Source of the DNA: Chara braunii
Lineage: Eukaryota; Plantae; Charophyceae
DNA: 53,155 nucleotides
Assembly (NCBI GenBank): GCA_003427395.1
Contig: BFEA01000026.1
Span: 4,264,174 to 4,317,328 of the forward strand
Direction: 5' to 3'
Shown here: in pieces, positions 50,201-53,155 of the stretch
How the letters are laid out: each line of letters starts with the position of its first letter
Position numbering within the stretch: the stretch's first letter is position 1
Notes under the pieces: generated by a model
Databases searched by the model: none
What the model saw: only the letters and a program-made list of their open reading frames with translations
Told to the model about the DNA's origin: nothing
Made by a program: the position numbers and the translations under genes

Positions 50201-51228
50201 AGTGAAATCCAAAATACAACAATTCCATCAAAAATTTAATCAAGAATGGCTGGGGGGACCTGAAGGAGAAAGCTTGGGAGAAGTGAAATGGCCGGGAGGG
50301 GAAGAACAGGGAGAACCTTTGAAGAGGCCTCTGAAGAGGGACTACCATCTGTGCTTCAAGGACTGGTTTTCACTTCCATCAGGAGCCTCACTCAGATTTG
50401 CGGACTGCTTCCCTGACCCCTTCCCGCCCTCAAATTTGGCCTTAGTAGATTTGCATTGGTATGCATTGTAATATGGTTAAATAACTCATTTTTCTTGTTA
50501 TGGAGCATGGACTAGGTGGGAGAGATGCTAACTTTGGAAGAAGTATTTGGCGGCCTAAGTCTTGGCTGAAAAGGCAGATCCTACTCTTTGTGTATTGTAT
50601 TTAAAGTCATGAACTGGGTTAATATGTATAAGGGATGCTGGACCCGTTTTCCAGCAGGTGCAGCTCCCCACCAATAGAATGGAGCCAATTCCTCAAAAAA
50701 AATAAAAAAAAATAAAAAAAAAATGAGAGGTTGATGGGAAGACCGACTATACCTCCCCTTCCATTCCATTAGCAATTGAATCCCTTCCATACCATGATAG
50801 TGGAACCAGTGCACTCTGAGGAGGAGTGAAAAGACTTGGGAACTCATTGGTTGGGCGAAGAGGTATCGATGGATCGACCTGCGAAGATAATTTTTCTCAG
50901 AATATGTTTACCGTAGGTAGAAATGTTGTTCTCTGGGCAATCTGGATGAGACGGAATACCTATGAATGGGAAAATGTTAGACTTGATGGGCCTGAGTTTA
51001 ATGACAGCATAAAACAGCAAATTCAAACAGATATTCTCAACCAATGGATCTCAGTGAAAGAAAAAATCCAGTTCAATTCTTCCAAAACTGAAATCAAGAA
51101 AATTTTCCAAAAATTCAGCAGTGACTGGCTGGGAGGTGGGGAGGGGGGAAAAATAGGGAGGGTGGTTTGGGAGGGAGAAGGGAAGGAGGATGAACAAGAA
51201 CTTATCAGAGACTACAAGCTTTTGTTTA
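44247..51228 (-). mobile_element. LINE B: short 5'-inverted (twin-primed) insertion, itself interrupted by LINE C
   Basis: 15-bp TSD acctcacaggaacac 44232-44246 / 51229-51243; poly(T) from 44247; motif C 44290-44325, B 44336-44389 (-); inverted ORF2 piece ~50890-51228 (+). Confidence 0.85.
44518..50724 (+). mobile_element. LINE C: 5'-truncated L1-like element with ORF1 3' part and full but interrupted ORF2
   Basis: 18-bp TSD gagaggttgatgggaaga 44500-44517 / 50725-50742; EN (CIQETH, NVYGPN, TGDFN, SRIDL, ADHK) 45990-46850; RT (DFEKAYD, VRQGDS, MFADD) 47568-48250; ORF2 end 50471; motif B 50632-50686; A-rich tail. Confidence 0.95.
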
Positions 51229-52631
51229 ACCTCACAGGAACACATATTCCACGGGATATCAAAGTAATCCTGTTGGGGGAAAAGACTCCACAACTGGCCC
51301 AATGGACGCCCTTTATGTCCAACCTGTTCACCATCACACGCCTACCAATGCTTATGGCGGCATGGCGAATGAGGTGTGCACACGAATGCAAACAGCACAC
51401 GTTCGGGTATATGGAAGCACGGGCATCAATCGCGGAAACAATAACGGTCAATACCCATGCGGCCTGGCAAAAGCTTCGAAACATGCTGACAAACGAGCCA
51501 GATGCAGTCAAACGTAACGACCTGTCACACAACTTCCGCACGTTATGGGTGGATAACAAACAGAGGCTCTGTGAACTGGACCCGGATAACCATCTGCGAT
51601 GGAAACCGTGGCTATTAACGGAACCCCGATGGTAACGACTGCCTCAAAACCACTTTGATATCCCTTTCCAAACCGACTAACTTCATCCTTGTTCCAACTT
51701 AGCGGTCTGTATTTTCGGATCTCATGACCCCATGCACCCCCTGCTCCTGCAACCACACCGCCCCTGCCCCTGCTTTGCACAGGCCCCACTGCCCCCCCCC
51801 TCCCGCCCCCCCTTCTACTACTCTACCACCTTCCCTCTTTCCCCCCCTTCCGCCCTGATGCTGATTGCCGGCCAAGCAAGGACTCCCTCCCTCTCAAGAA
51901 GAATCATGCATCAAATACGGCCCCATCGATGGAGGAACAGCAAAAGGAAACACAGGCAGCGTAAGGAAGGGGCATGGAGCATGAAGACCAGGGCTACACC
52001 CTCTGCAGTCGCAGGACACCTGGACAAAAAAGGGACCAAAAAGGGATGTGATAGGAACATACTGGATTAAAGGGACAAAGGATTACCTACTGGGGAGCTC
52101 ACAACAGGGACAGGACCTGTGGACGGGATTAATGGAGGGTGGCACAGGGGGGTGGTCGGGGCTGGCGCCCCACGACCCCACACTTCCAAACAAACAACAC
52201 GGAACTCAAGTGATCAAGTCAATGGCCGCTCGGACTTACAGACATAGGGAGACAGATTGTACAGCAAAAAAAACACTCCCACTACCGGGAGACTGGGAGG
52301 GGGGGTTCAAATGGGTTTTGAGACGGAGGCAACAGGGTGGAGCCATGGCAACGCCACACAGCTACACTGAAATCCACCTCACATTGTCACAGCACCCCAT
52401 AAGAATGCAGACCAGATAGCAGCAGGCAATAGGTGGGATGGCAGACAACAGGGTTCAAGGGTTTAAGGGTTGAAGGTTTAGGAGACCTGCTATACCACTT
52501 GGGCTTATCGGTAGCATAATTGTGCTGGCTAGAATTAGCCCACTGACAAATAGAATAACACACATGCATGTATAATAGGAACACACTCAGGAACACTCTC
52601 AACCATATTGTACACAGCACATTGCGATACG

Positions 52632-52692
52632 GAACAAGCAACACAAGCAACACAAGCAACACAAGCAACACAAGAAACACAAGAAACACACA
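52632..52692 (+). repeat. 9-bp tandem repeat (aacacaag[c/a]) in the LINE A 3'UTR
   Basis: Direct observation, ~6 copies. Confidence 0.85.
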
Positions 52693-53015
52693 CGGCAACG
52701 CCACCACCTATACCCTACACAGCATGAGTCAACGCCCAATGGCACATATACAGGCATAGACACATCGGCATAAGGCATCAAGTACATAAATAGTAATAGA
52801 TAGTATTTGATAGTTAACTGGTTACAATAACAATACTGGGTCATAATAACAACACTATGAGCGACAGCTCGCTGAAGTCTACATTAGAACAGGTCTGATA
52901 GAGGGCTGGGCCCTTTGTCACCCAGGCCCTCATCCATACTGACAACTCATACTTGCATTGCTTTCGTTTCATTGCTTTCGTTTCATTGCTTTCATTTCTT
53001 ACATTGTACTCTACA

Positions 53016-53115
53016 GGGGCGCTGGACCCGATTTCCAGCAGGTGATGCTCCCCACCAGTAGATGGAGCCTCCCCGACAGTGCTAGTGGTGTCTGCTCTTA
53101 TCAGCACCCCTAGCA
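53016..53115 (+). ncRNA. LINE 3' structured RNA cassette (motif B pseudoknot + motif C hairpin), representative copy
   Basis: ggggcgctggacccgatttccagcaggtgatgctccccaccagtagatggagcc; tgctagtggtgtctg-ctcttat-cagcacccctagca; poly(A) from 53131. Confidence 0.8.
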
Positions 53116-53124
53116 GCCAATCGG

Positions 53125-53155
<31 letters not shown>

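Larger units (their letters stand above)
25010..53155 (+). mobile_element. LINE A: outermost L1/Tx1-like element in four pieces (25010-26544, 27396-28027, 41847-44246, 51244-53155)
   Basis: EN DIRSINVNG/ETH (25600-26540); FNEGIT|HLRERVKK rejoined across the hAT; GQGVTTL|HKKGDKEDIRNYR rejoined at 28027/41847; HYLTGT|HIPRDIK rejoined across a 15-bp TSD; ORF2 stop 51635; motifs B+C 53016-53115; poly(A) to window end. Confidence 0.8.

Noticed and set aside
50826-51635. Novel 269-aa fusion protein
   Set aside because: In-frame chimera of the inverted LINE B piece and the LINE A C-terminus across a TSD.
53016-53069. Motif B as an HDV-like or twister ribozyme
   Set aside because: Could not fit the HDV P1-P4 nested topology or twister core nucleotides, and it lies at the 3' rather than the 5' end.
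53088-53104. U2 snRNA fragment (tgtctgctcttatcag resembles tatctgttcttatcag)
   Set aside because: Similarity covers only ~16 nt in a few copies; other copies keep just the loop, and no flanking U2 sequence is present.

Overview
Eukaryotic, repeat-saturated genomic window with several N-gaps and no intact host gene. It is inferred to be a charophyte alga such as Chara, from the GTGCCACGTCAGCA repeat preceding a gypsy gag-like ORF and from the LINE types; this was not verified by search. Most of the window is decayed L1/Tx1-like LINEs nested inside one another, reconstructable from target-site duplications (TSDs). It also contains two hAT MITEs, a Harbinger transposase fragment, a tRNA-derived SINE, a probable Penelope-like fragment with a hammerhead core, an organelle-type tRNA-Arg(ACG), and a Nextera mate-pair adapter artefact. 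Three signals stand out. (1) A modular structured-RNA cassette (hairpin + H-type pseudoknot, then a covarying hairpin with a CUCUUAU-type loop, then poly(A)) occurs about 14 times at the 3' ends of divergent LINEs and short inserts. (2) An array of 6-7 hairpins at 35.9-36.6 kb has a near-invariant 20-nt core and compensatory stem changes. (3) A conserved domain of unknown type, possibly Nudix-like, sits just upstream of the endonuclease in three divergent LINE families.
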